A stretch of 64,000 nucleotides of DNA from Ignavibacteriales bacterium (GTDB lineage: Bacteria > Bacteroidota > Ignavibacteria > UBA10030 > UBA6906), in the NCBI GenBank assembly GCA_037441705.1, contig JBBIRR010000016.1, forward strand, positions 10,904-74,903. Reading direction: 5' to 3'. How positions within the stretch are numbered: the stretch's first letter is position 1; every line of letters begins with the position of its first letter. Both the position numbers and the translations under genes were made by a program. Positions 1 through 9,776 of the stretch are shown one piece after another. The notes below the pieces were generated by a model, which was given only the letters and a program-made list of their open reading frames with translations, did not search any database and was not told the origin of the DNA.

Positions 1-184
1 CCAACACATCATGCCGCAGCTTGATATTGTCCCGCATGCCGCCCTGCCCCAGGAATTGTCCGTAGCGAGCTGCAAATTCGCTGACCGTTATCGGCTTGCC
101 GTCAACCTCGGCGACGAATTGCTCGCGGCTGCATCCGCCGCCGAGTATCGCCGCCAGACCCACGACCAGCACCGCATGCTTCAT
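1..184 (-). CDS. Peptidylprolyl isomerase/SurA-PrsA-like lipoprotein, N-terminal part (runs off the window)
   Basis: Translated manually; absent from the ORF track: MKHAVLVVGLAAILGGGCSREQFVAEVDGKPITVSEFAARY. It has a lipobox-like GGGC and the SurA_N-type VAxVDGKPIT motif. Its ATG overlaps the GH13 stop (ATGA). Confidence 0.7.
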   Translation of the reverse strand, partial: MKHAVLVVGLAAILGGGCSREQFVAEVDGKPITVSEFAARYGQFLGQGGMRDNIKLRHDVL

Positions 185-2043
185 CGCTTCGCTTCCGCCC
201 GCAGGATGACTCCCGATTTTCCTTGCAGCGTAAGGCTAAGCGCCTTGCTGCCCGCCGTGAACGGCGTCGCGTCGAACACGTTCTTCCACTGCAGCGCTGC
301 ACGTTCGTCAGTCAGAGGAACGGATATCTGCCGGCGCGAGCTTGAGTTGTTCAGAACCACAAGCACCCGATCCTCACCGTACGAGCGAGCATAGGCGATG
401 ATGTCCCGCGCATCGTCGGCAAGAACCTTCGTGATGTCGCCGAGCTTCAGCGCATCGCTGTCGCGACGGATCTTGATGCATTTGGCGTAATGCGCGAAGA
501 GGTCGGCGTTGAATCCGTTCGTGTCATCGGGCCGCGGCAAGCCGAACGGATGATGCGACTCGTTCTCGTACGTCATGTCGGCCCACAGCATCGGCTTGCG
601 ATCGTCGGGGTCGTCGGCTCCCCACATGCCGGCCTCATCGCCGTAATACACCGTTGGCGCGCCTACGTAGGTCATCTGGAACATCACCATCAGTTTTTGT
701 GTCTGCAGCTCGGCAGCATTCGGCTTCCGCACCAGATAGTCCTTATTGTTGGCAACGCTGGTCTCCGCGCCGTCGTATCGAGCGTCGGCGTTCACAATTT
801 GCGAACCGAGACGGTCGGTATCGTGACTGCCGAGGAGGTTCATCAGCACATAATTCACCTCCGGTCGGTACTCCGCCCGAAGGCTATCGAGGCGATGGAA
901 AAACTGGCTGGCAGTGATCTTTCTCGCCTTCGCTTTGAAGAAGTAGCCGCATTCACGCGCAAAGCGGTAGTTCATCACGGCGTCGAATGCATCGCCCGCA
1001 AGCCATGGAGCGGCGTTGTACATTCTTTCGTTCGCGTAATCTTCCCACCAGACTTCGCCCACGAGATACGCTTCCGGATTGATCGTACGCACCCACGTCC
1101 GAAACTCGCGCCAGAACGGAAGCGCGACCATGTCCGCCACGTCCAGGCGCCATCCGTCAACGCCATCGGAGGGGTCACCGTCGCCATTGGGGTCCATCCA
1201 GCGCCTCACGACGGCATGAATGTGTGCCCGCACCGGTTCTACCAAACCGTTTTCGTCTTCGCGCAGTTCGGGCAGCTCGCGTACTCCGTACCATCCTGCG
1301 TACTCGAACTCGTTCTTCGCTGTCGCCGGATCATCAAATTGCTCGATGATGAACCAGTCCTTGTACTTCGATGCCTTCCCGTTCTTGCGAACATCCTCGA
1401 ACGCCCAGAACGTCATGCCGACATGATTGAACACACCGTCAATGACGACGCGTATCCCCCGCCGATGCGCCTCGCGGACGAGCGTGAGAAAGAGTCTGTC
1501 GGCGGATGTCCACTGCCACGTTTCAGGGTTTGCCGGATCTTCGCTCTGCCAGATGCGTCGGTCCCCTTCTGGGTCGGGTCCGAAATTATTGTCGATGTGG
1601 TGATACATCGTTGCATCGTACTTGTGGAGGGAAGGCGACTCGAAGAGAGGATTGAAGTAGAGGGCGTTAACGCCGAGCTGCTGCAGGTAATCGAGCTTGT
1701 CGAGAACGCCCTGGAGGTCGCCGCCATACCGGCGCTGCTGCGCATTATAGTAGAAGCGCTTGCGGTTCTTTTCCTCCCACGGCTGAAGCTTGTACCAGTC
1801 GGCAGTCCAGGATGATACGCGCCATTCGGGAGGCTCTTCGTGAGGCCACGACCCGCGGATGTCGGCCACCGTGGGATCGTTGGATGGATCTCCGTTGCGG
1901 AAGCGCTCCGGAAAGATCTGATACCATACCGCCTCCTTTGCCCAGGCGGGGACGTCGTTGAAGCCCGGCGCTGACGCAAGCACGCGCGAACCCTGCGCAA
2001 GCAGTATCGCGACAAGAGGATATGTAATGAGAAGTCGTAGCAA
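181..2043 (-). CDS. GH13 alpha-amylase family glycosidase (neopullulanase/cyclomaltodextrinase-like) with signal peptide
   Basis: Motifs WYQIFPERF.NGD, GGDLQGV, DGVFNH, DGWRLDVA, GEVW, LGSHD and YYGDE. TTG start. Confidence 0.92.
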   Translation of the reverse strand: MLRLLITYPLVAILLAQGSRVLASAPGFNDVPAWAKEAVWYQIFPERFRNGDPSNDPTVADIRGSWPHEEPPEWRVSSWTADWYKLQPWEEKNRKRFYYNAQQRRYGGDLQGVLDKLDYLQQLGVNALYFNPLFESPSLHKYDATMYHHIDNNFGPDPEGDRRIWQSEDPANPETWQWTSADRLFLTLVREAHRRGIRVVIDGVFNHVGMTFWAFEDVRKNGKASKYKDWFIIEQFDDPATAKNEFEYAGWYGVRELPELREDENGLVEPVRAHIHAVVRRWMDPNGDGDPSDGVDGWRLDVADMVALPFWREFRTWVRTINPEAYLVGEVWWEDYANERMYNAAPWLAGDAFDAVMNYRFARECGYFFKAKARKITASQFFHRLDSLRAEYRPEVNYVLMNLLGSHDTDRLGSQIVNADARYDGAETSVANNKDYLVRKPNAAELQTQKLMVMFQMTYVGAPTVYYGDEAGMWGADDPDDRKPMLWADMTYENESHHPFGLPRPDDTNGFNADLFAHYAKCIKIRRDSDALKLGDITKVLADDARDIIAYARSYGEDRVLVVLNNSSSRRQISVPLTDERAALQWKNVFDATPFTAGSKALSLTLQGKSGVILRAEAKR

Positions 2044-2048
2044 GGGAA

Positions 2049-3122
2049 TCAGCTATTGGGTTCTCCCAATTCAATGCCGCCGTTAAGCTCGGATGTCGTG
2101 AACGCAGGCACTGCGCCACATGTTTTGCGTACGACAAGCTCCGGCAGAAAGGTCGAGAGCTGCGGCGGTGCATCCGGATTCTTCATCCTGTCCACCAGCA
2201 TCTGCAGCGCGATAGTCCCCATCGTATGCATGGGCTGCCGCACCGTCGTGAGCTGCGCATGCTTGGCGAGTTCGATATCGTCGAAGCCGACGATCGCAAT
2301 ATCTTCGGGCACGCGGACGCCAAGCTCACGCGCGGCCTCCAATGCCCCGATGGCCTGCACGTCGCTGGCGATGAACACCGCGGTGACGCGGTCGTGCCCA
2401 ACGTTGCGCCGCAAAATTTCCTTCATGGATTCGTATCCCGCGTCGCGGTTGAAGCCGTCCTGCTTTCCATTCGAGGAAATCACGACACGAGCCATGCTGA
2501 ACGGAATGTTCTCCTCTTCCAGCGCCGCTTTGTATCCTTCGAGTCGTTCCCGCGCGGGCACAGTCTCCAGGCTCGCGTTGATCATGGCGATGTTGCGATG
2601 CCCGAGACTGAGCAGATGGCGCGTTGCCTGCATCGCGCCTTCTTTGTTCTTCACCAGCAGCGAGTCGAAACGAGCGTGATATGCATCGACGATCACCAAC
2701 GGGAGTTTCATCTCCTCAAACTTGTGAACGTAACTTTCGGGAAACGTCATCGAGAAGAACATCACGCCGTCCACGCGGCCGCCATGCAGCGAGCGGCGCA
2801 GATAGTACTCCACTTCCGAGGGATTGTTCACACCGTACAGAATCAGGTCAATGCCGTATTCGGCGGCTTTGTCCTGCACTCCCTGAAGCACTTCGATGAA
2901 GAAGTAGTTGGTGAAGAACGGAATGATGGTGGAAACCGTGTTGGCTTTTCGCGAAGCGAGCCGCTGTGCATGGGCATGCGGCTGATAGTTGAGTCGTTTG
3001 GCAACCGCCAGAACCCGCTCGCGCGTCTTCGGTGACACGCTCGGGTGGTTGTTCAGACAACGAGAAACGGTACCAATACCTACACCGGCTTCCCGTGCAA
3101 GATCGTAAATGGTGATGCCCAT
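2049..3122 (-). CDS. LacI-family transcriptional regulator
   Basis: N-terminal HTH TIYDLAREAGVGIGTVSRCLN; sugar-binding domain with VPEDIAIVGFDD and LTTVRQP. Confidence 0.95.
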   Translation of the reverse strand: MGITIYDLAREAGVGIGTVSRCLNNHPSVSPKTRERVLAVAKRLNYQPHAHAQRLASRKANTVSTIIPFFTNYFFIEVLQGVQDKAAEYGIDLILYGVNNPSEVEYYLRRSLHGGRVDGVMFFSMTFPESYVHKFEEMKLPLVIVDAYHARFDSLLVKNKEGAMQATRHLLSLGHRNIAMINASLETVPARERLEGYKAALEEENIPFSMARVVISSNGKQDGFNRDAGYESMKEILRRNVGHDRVTAVFIASDVQAIGALEAARELGVRVPEDIAIVGFDDIELAKHAQLTTVRQPMHTMGTIALQMLVDRMKNPDAPPQLSTFLPELVVRKTCGAVPAFTTSELNGGIELGEPNS

Positions 3123-3157
3123 CGGCGTGAATCAAGCGTAATAAACGGCAAGATCGT

Positions 3158-3171
3158 TGGAAGCGCTTCCA
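3158..3171. promoter_or_regulatory. LacI-family operator
   Basis: Perfect 14-bp palindrome TGGAAGCGCTTCCA matching the TGNAANCGNTTNCA LacI pattern. It lies at the predicted transcription start of the lacI-GH13 operon. Confidence 0.8.
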
Positions 3172-3172
3172 G

Positions 3173-3202
3173 AAGATAAGGTTAATTTTGAGACTTTGTC
3201 AA
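3173..3202 (-). promoter_or_regulatory. Sigma70-type promoter for the lacI-GH13-PPIase operon
   Basis: TTGACA (3202-3197), 18-nt spacer, TATCTT (3178-3173). Confidence 0.6.
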
Positions 3203-3649
3203 GTAATTTTTTCTGTCGTGCTCACTGGTGGGCGCAGAGGGCGACTTGTCCTTGGTCTTTGCGCTCATGGATTACTTGTGCAATGTCGGTTGTGGTTTGA
3301 TCGGAATCTTCACGAGCGCAGACACTGTAATTCAGGCGGGACGGTCTTCCATCACGTTCGCTTCCACACACTTGCACATCAAGAAGCTCGAAGTTCCAAC
3401 GCGCTTCACTTGCCGTGTCGTCCCGCGCGAGTTTGAACGTCTGAACCACTCCCGCATTCCATTCTATGTTTCAAGAACGACAGCTATCGCGCGGCACTGC
3501 AAGAACTCGGCTTCTACCAACTTTCACCAACTTCCGAAAAGAGATCCGTCGCTCTTGGTTGTGTTTTTGTGGATGCGTTCATATATTTTTCGGGAGCGTA
3601 CGCTCACTCTCACGGTCACAAGAAGCATTTCACAACACACCGCATCCCC

Positions 3650-4753
3650 ATGGCTGAAGTCGTTCTCGATCATGTTTCCAAAATCTACGACGGCAAGGTT
3701 ACTGCTGTAAACGATGTCAACCTGACGATCAAGGACAAAGAATTCATTGTGCTGGTCGGACCGTCCGGTTGTGGCAAATCCACAGCCCTGCGGATGATCG
3801 CAGGACTTGAAGAGATTAGCAAAGGAACGATCAGCATTGATGGGAAGGTCGTAAACGACGTGCCGCCGAAAGACCGGGACATTGCGATGGTCTTTCAGAA
3901 CTATGCACTCTATCCTCACATGAGCGTGTATGAGAATCTCGCGTTCGGGTTGAAACTGAGGAAATACGCTAAGAGTGAGATCGACGGCCGCGTTCGCAAC
4001 GCTGCAAGGATACTGGGCATCGAGCAGTTCCTCGACCGCAAGCCGAAGGCCCTCTCGGGAGGCCAGCGGCAGCGCGTTGCGCTCGGTCGAGCCATCGTCC
4101 GCCAGCCCAAGGTGTTCCTGTTCGACGAGCCGCTCAGCAACCTCGATGCAAACCTCCGCGTGCAAATGCGAACCGAAATCTCCCGCCTGCATCACCAACT
4201 CCAGACAACGATGATCTATGTGACGCACGATCAGATCGAGGCGATGAGTATGGGTGATAGAATTGTGGTGATGAAAGACGGAATTGTTCAACAGGTGGAC
4301 ACGCCGTTGAACATCTACCACAACCCCGCTAACAGATTTGTCGCCGGCTTCATCGGCAGCCCGACGATGAATTTCATGCCCGGCACCATCGAGCAAAACG
4401 GGACGCTGAAGTTTGTACAGGAACGGTCCAATCTTGCTCTGCCGCTGCTTGGCGAAACCGCGAAGAAGCTGCAGCCCCGCGTTCGTTCGCGCATCACGCT
4501 CGGCATCCGACCTGAACACATCTATGCGGTAAGGCCTGCGGGCATCGAGACGGTCGCACCGGTCAAGGCTCATGTTGAAGTGGTCGAGCCGGTGGGCAAC
4601 GAAATCTTTGTGTATTTCTCTACCGGCACCGACTCGCAGTATGTCGCGCGCGTGGCAACGGATACTCCCCCGGAGGTCGGGAAGCCTTTCGAGTTCTATT
4701 TCGACACATCGAAACTGCACTTCTTTGATCAAGAAACCGAGCGTGCAATCTGA
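3650..4753 (+). CDS. Sugar ABC transporter ATP-binding subunit (MalK/MsmX/UgpC family)
   Basis: Walker A GPSGCGKST, signature LSGGQRQR, DEPLSNLD, VTHDQ and a C-terminal TOBE region. Start placed at MAEVVL. Confidence 0.95.
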   Translation: MAEVVLDHVSKIYDGKVTAVNDVNLTIKDKEFIVLVGPSGCGKSTALRMIAGLEEISKGTISIDGKVVNDVPPKDRDIAMVFQNYALYPHMSVYENLAFGLKLRKYAKSEIDGRVRNAARILGIEQFLDRKPKALSGGQRQRVALGRAIVRQPKVFLFDEPLSNLDANLRVQMRTEISRLHHQLQTTMIYVTHDQIEAMSMGDRIVVMKDGIVQQVDTPLNIYHNPANRFVAGFIGSPTMNFMPGTIEQNGTLKFVQERSNLALPLLGETAKKLQPRVRSRITLGIRPEHIYAVRPAGIETVAPVKAHVEVVEPVGNEIFVYFSTGTDSQYVARVATDTPPEVGKPFEFYFDTSKLHFFDQETERAI

Positions 4754-4846
4754 CCGCGGGTGGCAATCCATCGAACGCCTCGCCGGGAGCCCTCACGCTC
4801 GTGGGATCCTTGCTCCATCTTTTCACTCATCATCGGGAGGTGACGC

Positions 4847-6451
4847 ATGTTTGGGACGCTGTCGTTGAAGGATGCACTGGTTATCGCCTTGTACTTTGTC
4901 GCGGTGTTTTCGATCGGATTCTACTTCTCGCGCCGCCGCAAAACCACGACCGAGTATTTTCTCGCAGGCCGACATGTCGGCTGGATCGCTATCGGGGCTT
5001 CGCTCTTTTCGACCAACATCTCGAGCGAGCATTTCTTGGGGCTTGCCGGAACGGGATCGAAATCGGGCTTAGCCGTCGGTCACTTTGAATGGCTTGCATG
5101 CTTGATTGTGCTCCTTCTCGGGTGGGTGTTCACGCCGTTTTATTTGAAGACGGGCGTGTTCACGATGCCGGAGTTCCTCGAGCGACGGTACAACAGCGCT
5201 GCACGATGGTACCTCAGCGTCGTCTCGATCATCGCATACATCTTCACCAAAATTTCCATCTCGCTTTATGCCGGCGGCATCCTTCTCAAGGCGGTTGTCG
5301 GTTGGGATATGACGACCTCGGCTATTGTGATTGTGATTGCCACGGGGATTTACACGATCCTCGGCGGGCTTGCTGCTGTGATCTACACCGATCTCGTTCA
5401 AACGGGCGTATTGGTTCTCGGTTCCATGGCCCTGACCTGGATCGGTTTGCAAGAGGCCGGAGGATGGAGCGCGCTGGTTGCCGACACGCCTCCGGAGTTC
5501 TGGAGTATGTTCAAGCCGATGTCCGATCCCGACTTTCCCTGGACGGGAATCGTGTTCGGCGCGCCTATCCTCGGCATCTGGTATTGGTGCACCGACCAGT
5601 ACATCGTGCAGCGGGTGTTGAGCGCAAAGAATCTCGACCACGCCCGCGGCGGAGCAATCTTCGCCGGCTTCCTGAAAATCCTCCCCGTCTTCATTCTCGT
5701 CCTGCCCGGCATCATTGCACTGAAGCTTTCCGATGGGAATGTTTCGGGTGATAAGGCGTACGCGTGGATGGTAACGACGTTTCTGCCTTCCGGCGTGCGC
5801 GGGCTTGTCGTGGCCGGACTGCTCGCAGCCCTCATGTCCTCGCTTAGCGGGATGTTCAACTCCACATCAACTCTGCTGACCATCGACATTTTCAAGCGCC
5901 TCCGACCCGATGCTGATGATAGCACGCTCGTGGCGTTTGGCCGCATTACGACCGGTGTGATGGTAGTCCTGGGGTTGGCCTGGATTCCTTTTATCGGGCT
6001 ATTGAGCGACGAACGAATGTATGTCTATCTTCAGAGTGTTCAGGCGTATGTCTCCCCTCCTATCGCTGCGTGTTTTCTGTTCGGCCTATTTTGGAATCGC
6101 GTGAACGGCAAGGGGGCGGTTGCCTCGTTGCTCACCGGACTGGTTTTAGGGGCGTTCCGCTTCATTGTCGAGATTCAGGCAAAGACCGGTTCGGTGGAGA
6201 ATGAATTCCTCCTCTACGTCGCATCAGTAAACTTCCTGCATTATGCGGTGTTCCTCTTTCTCGTATCGTCTGCGGTGCTGGTGGGTGTTAGCCTCGCGAC
6301 GGAGGCGCCCGACCGCCGAGCACTTCAGCATCTGACGTTCTCCGAGGCGGGAGATATTCATCTTGAAAAAGGAAAATACCACGTTGTCAACGTGCTGGCT
6401 TCGGTTGTGCTCGTTGTGATTCTGTTCAGCTTGTGGTGGACGTTCCGATGA
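4847..6451 (+). CDS. Sodium:solute symporter (SGLT-like sugar transporter)
   Basis: EYFLAGR, TMPEFLERRY, WYWCTDQYIVQRVL and LAALMSSL motifs; many TM segments; GGAGG SD. Confidence 0.93.
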   Translation: MFGTLSLKDALVIALYFVAVFSIGFYFSRRRKTTTEYFLAGRHVGWIAIGASLFSTNISSEHFLGLAGTGSKSGLAVGHFEWLACLIVLLLGWVFTPFYLKTGVFTMPEFLERRYNSAARWYLSVVSIIAYIFTKISISLYAGGILLKAVVGWDMTTSAIVIVIATGIYTILGGLAAVIYTDLVQTGVLVLGSMALTWIGLQEAGGWSALVADTPPEFWSMFKPMSDPDFPWTGIVFGAPILGIWYWCTDQYIVQRVLSAKNLDHARGGAIFAGFLKILPVFILVLPGIIALKLSDGNVSGDKAYAWMVTTFLPSGVRGLVVAGLLAALMSSLSGMFNSTSTLLTIDIFKRLRPDADDSTLVAFGRITTGVMVVLGLAWIPFIGLLSDERMYVYLQSVQAYVSPPIAACFLFGLFWNRVNGKGAVASLLTGLVLGAFRFIVEIQAKTGSVENEFLLYVASVNFLHYAVFLFLVSSAVLVGVSLATEAPDRRALQHLTFSEAGDIHLEKGKYHVVNVLASVVLVVILFSLWWTFR

Positions 6452-8709
6452 AATCATTATCCGTAATCGTTCGAGAGATACCAATGACTCCTGTACGCAT
6501 CTGGCATTGCATCCTTTGCGTCACGATGCTGGCGCATCTGCTCGCGCAGCCTGTTTTCGCGCAAGCGCTCAAGAAACTTACTGTGGATGATGTGAGCAAT
6601 CCTGCCCTGACGCGGGCATTTTCCACGCCCAGCACGTGGTGGTTGAACAACAATACAGCATATGTTCTGGATGCGGCGCGTCCAGATTCTACGCGCGCGC
6701 TGGAGCGACTCGACCCACGCTCGGGCAAGCGCTCCGTCGTTTTGCGCTACTCCGATGGGGTTGATGAACTCCGCCGCATCTACGGCGAAGGGACGCCACC
6801 TTCACTGCCCAAAGCGCCCTCTTCGGTCAGTCCTGACGGACGCTACTGCCTGTACATGATCCAGAACGATATTTTTCTTATGGATCTGCGTGAACGAAAG
6901 ATGGAACGCGTCACCGCAACAGAGGCAAAGGAACAAGCTGTCACATTCTCTCCCGACGGACGCAAGCTTGCCTTCGTCCGCAACAACGACATGTTTTTGT
7001 ACGACATTCAAACACACAGTGAGAAACGGCTGACGACTGATGGCAACGACTCGACGCTTAACGGGAAGCCCTCCTGGGTGTACTGGGAAGAAGTGTTCGG
7101 CCGCAACGACATTGCCTACTGGTGGTCGCCGGATGCACAGTCCATCGCTTACCTTCATACGGACGAGTCCGGTGTGAGCATCCAGCATTACGTGGACATT
7201 ACCCCGTGGACGCCGACCGTTACAACGCAGCGTTATCCGAAAGTCGGCGAGAAGAATCCTGCCGTCCGCGTTGGCATCGTTGACCTGACGACGCTCAAGA
7301 CCGTGTGGGCCGGCATCGAGCCGCAGGCGTACGAGTACATTGTCCGCGTGGACTGGCTGCCGACAAGCTCGCAGATGTGTATTCGCACGATGAATCGTCT
7401 TCAAACCGAACTTGATTTCTATCTCGTCGAGCGTGCGACGGGAGCAGCGCGCTTTATCATGAAGGACGTCAATGCAGGCTGGGTCAATATCTCCGACGAT
7501 CTGTATTTTATGAAGGATGGCAAACACTTCATCACTGCTTCCGAGCGCGACGGATATGCCCATCTCTATCGCTTTACGCTCGATGGGAAGCTCGTCAATC
7601 AAATAACGAAAGGAAATTGGGCGCTCAGTTCATCGGCAACCGTCTACTGGGTGCGGAGAGCAATCGCCGGCGTCGATGAAAGCAACAACCTGCTCTATTT
7701 CACCGCCCTCGAAAAAGCCTCCACGGAGCGACATCTCTACCGAATCTCCTTCGACGGAAGCGGCATGACGAGGCTAACCAAACAGGATGGCAGCCACTTC
7801 ATCTCGATGAGTCCGGACACGCGATACTACTTCGATCGCTTCTCCAATGTGAGCACACCGCCGTCTCTCATCCTGTACGGAACACGCAGTGAGCAAACCG
7901 TGACGATCGCTCCGTCGTCGTATGCGGGACTGCGAGAATTCGAATTTGTTACACCTGAGTTGTTCACGATACCTGCACGCGATGGGTTCCCCTTGCCCGC
8001 TTCGCTCCTGAAGCCGAAAGAACTTGAGCCAGGAAAGAAATATCCCGTGATCGTCTATGTGTATGGCGGCCCGTCGGCGCCGACGATTGCAAACGCGTTT
8101 ACCTCCGGATTGCTCTGGGAAAACGTGTTGGTCGCATCGGGCTTCCTCGTGCTGAAGATTGATAATCGGGCGGCCACAGGTATTAGCAAGAATCTTGAAA
8201 ATCTTCTCCTCTATCGGACGCCCGGCGAGGTGGAGCTGAACGATCTGGTAGATGGAGTTCGATGGATGAAGCAGAAGCCCTTTGTCGACCCCGACCGCTT
8301 CGGTATCTACGGATGGAGCGGAGGCGGAACGAATACACTCCTTGCTATGACTCGATCGCAGGAGTTCAAAGCGGGCATCGCCGGCGCAGGTGTTACCGAC
8401 TTTCGGCTGTACGATACAAAGTGGGCCGAAGCCATGATGAAAACAGAGAAGGAGAACAAAGGAGGCTACGAGGCAGTTTCGCTGATGAAGTTTGCCAAAG
8501 ACCTCCACGGCAAACTGATGCTCATCCACGGCACGCACGATGACAACGTGCATATCCAGAACACGTTTCAGTTTATCCAGGAACTGATCAAGGCAGACAA
8601 GCTGTTCGAGCTTGCCGTCTATCCCTTGCGCGGCCACGGATTTCAAGATGCGGCCGCCCGACGCCATCTGAACAAGACAATGTTGGATTTTTGGAAAAGG
8701 AATCTCTAG
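6448..8709 (+). CDS. S9B dipeptidyl-peptidase IV family protein
   Basis: DPPIV N-terminal propeller (WVYWEEVF, YPKVG), nucleophile motif GWSGGG, HGTHDDNVH and YP..GHG. ATGA overlap with the symporter stop; the start could instead be 6484. Confidence 0.9.
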   Translation: MKSLSVIVREIPMTPVRIWHCILCVTMLAHLLAQPVFAQALKKLTVDDVSNPALTRAFSTPSTWWLNNNTAYVLDAARPDSTRALERLDPRSGKRSVVLRYSDGVDELRRIYGEGTPPSLPKAPSSVSPDGRYCLYMIQNDIFLMDLRERKMERVTATEAKEQAVTFSPDGRKLAFVRNNDMFLYDIQTHSEKRLTTDGNDSTLNGKPSWVYWEEVFGRNDIAYWWSPDAQSIAYLHTDESGVSIQHYVDITPWTPTVTTQRYPKVGEKNPAVRVGIVDLTTLKTVWAGIEPQAYEYIVRVDWLPTSSQMCIRTMNRLQTELDFYLVERATGAARFIMKDVNAGWVNISDDLYFMKDGKHFITASERDGYAHLYRFTLDGKLVNQITKGNWALSSSATVYWVRRAIAGVDESNNLLYFTALEKASTERHLYRISFDGSGMTRLTKQDGSHFISMSPDTRYYFDRFSNVSTPPSLILYGTRSEQTVTIAPSSYAGLREFEFVTPELFTIPARDGFPLPASLLKPKELEPGKKYPVIVYVYGGPSAPTIANAFTSGLLWENVLVASGFLVLKIDNRAATGISKNLENLLLYRTPGEVELNDLVDGVRWMKQKPFVDPDRFGIYGWSGGGTNTLLAMTRSQEFKAGIAGAGVTDFRLYDTKWAEAMMKTEKENKGGYEAVSLMKFAKDLHGKLMLIHGTHDDNVHIQNTFQFIQELIKADKLFELAVYPLRGHGFQDAAARRHLNKTMLDFWKRNL

Positions 8710-9029
8710 AAATCCGTATCACTTCCCTGCTCTTCCCGCGACCGACTGGTTGCACAAACATCTCTTTCGTTCCATATCTTCGGAGACGCCAGGTATGTGC
8801 CTGCAACGCCTGGCGTCATCGTAGCCCTCGTTTCTCTGCAGGTTTCTTTCAGATATAACCAAACACGTCCGCCGGGTTCGGCCCAAAACCCGGTTGCGGC
8901 TTGGTGAAGTGCCGAAACAAGCCATTCCCCGAAGGAAAAATTTTCCCCCACCAAAAAATACCCTGTTCGCGGTATGCGCCAGTGTGCTTCAGAGACTATA
9001 TTGGCATTGAAGCTTAAAGGAGAATCCCC

Positions 9030-9179
9030 ATGCGAGTCAAATGTGTTCCAGCCACCCTTCCAAGAAGCGAGCAGATCTTAATGAGTTTGGTTTTGGATTT
9101 GGAAGTCGGCATGCAGGCGTGGGCCACGACGGTCAAGAGCGCATTGCTCTGCGAGGAGATAACCCTTTGCAAGCAATAG
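9030..9179 (+). CDS. Putative 49-aa small protein
   Basis: Strong SD AAAGGAGA upstream of the ATG; MRVKCVPATLPRSEQILMSLVLDLEVGMQAWATTVKSALLCEEITLCKQ. Below the ORF-track length cutoff. Confidence 0.4.
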   Translation: MRVKCVPATLPRSEQILMSLVLDLEVGMQAWATTVKSALLCEEITLCKQ

Positions 9180-9284
9180 TCAAGAAAGGAGTTGCACCGA
9201 CGGCAGTGAGTGTGGGCAGGGTTTTGGGTGCCGTCGGTGCCCGATTGTTCACGACGGCAACCAATTGCGTCAGGTAGGACAGCT

Positions 9285-9530
9285 ATGATACGCAATGAAC
9301 CACTCGGACAGAACAAACGGAAAGACGTCCGAGCCAAAGCCTCTCCGACGGCTCAGCAGATGGGCGTGAAGAAACGAGTTCGGTTCGTGTACAACGGCAA
9401 TTCCAGCCTCACGGTAACCGGCATCGTCTCCGGGAAGCGGTACACGTTCACGAGGCCGGGGGATATTGTGGAGGTTGACGAGCGAGATCGCAACATGCTG
9501 TTGGCAATGCCGAGCTTGAAAGAGCTCTAA
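9285..9530 (+). CDS. Small hypothetical protein (81 aa)
   Basis: SD-like GGTAGGA; basic linker followed by a compact beta-rich segment FVYNGNSSLTVTGIVSGKRYTFTRPGDIVEVDERD. Confidence 0.65.
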   Translation: MIRNEPLGQNKRKDVRAKASPTAQQMGVKKRVRFVYNGNSSLTVTGIVSGKRYTFTRPGDIVEVDERDRNMLLAMPSLKEL

Positions 9531-9563
9531 ACAGCTCTCATGAACCAGAAAGGACGGACGGCG

Positions 9564-9773
9564 ATGAGCGACTTTGATTCAGCACAGGAAAAGAAGAGAG
9601 GAAAGGTAACGCGCCTCGTACCGCTGTTGGCTCTCGCCGGGTTTTCTGCCATCGTACTCGGCGGCAGGCTTCTTATGCGTGATCGGCGACAGGCTTGGCA
9701 GCGCAGGCAGGGCGCGTTTGAGCCGGCCGAGGAGTTCCGCAGATACGATACGGAGGATTTACTCCTGTCGTAA
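9564..9773 (+). CDS. Small single-pass membrane protein
   Basis: One hydrophobic helix (LVPLLALAGFSAIVLGG) flanked by basic residues; AAAGGA upstream; alternative start 9540. Confidence 0.55.
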   Translation: MSDFDSAQEKKRGKVTRLVPLLALAGFSAIVLGGRLLMRDRRQAWQRRQGAFEPAEEFRRYDTEDLLLS

Positions 9774-9776
9774 GCT

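Noticed and set aside
3188-3649. ORFs in the lacI-malK intergenic region (e.g. 3222-3449, 3228-3710)
   Set aside because: No recognisable domain or SD, and they overlap divergent promoter elements.
9001-9017. Sigma54 promoter TGGCA upstream of the small ORFs
   Set aside because: The GG-to-GC spacing is 7 nt instead of the required 10.
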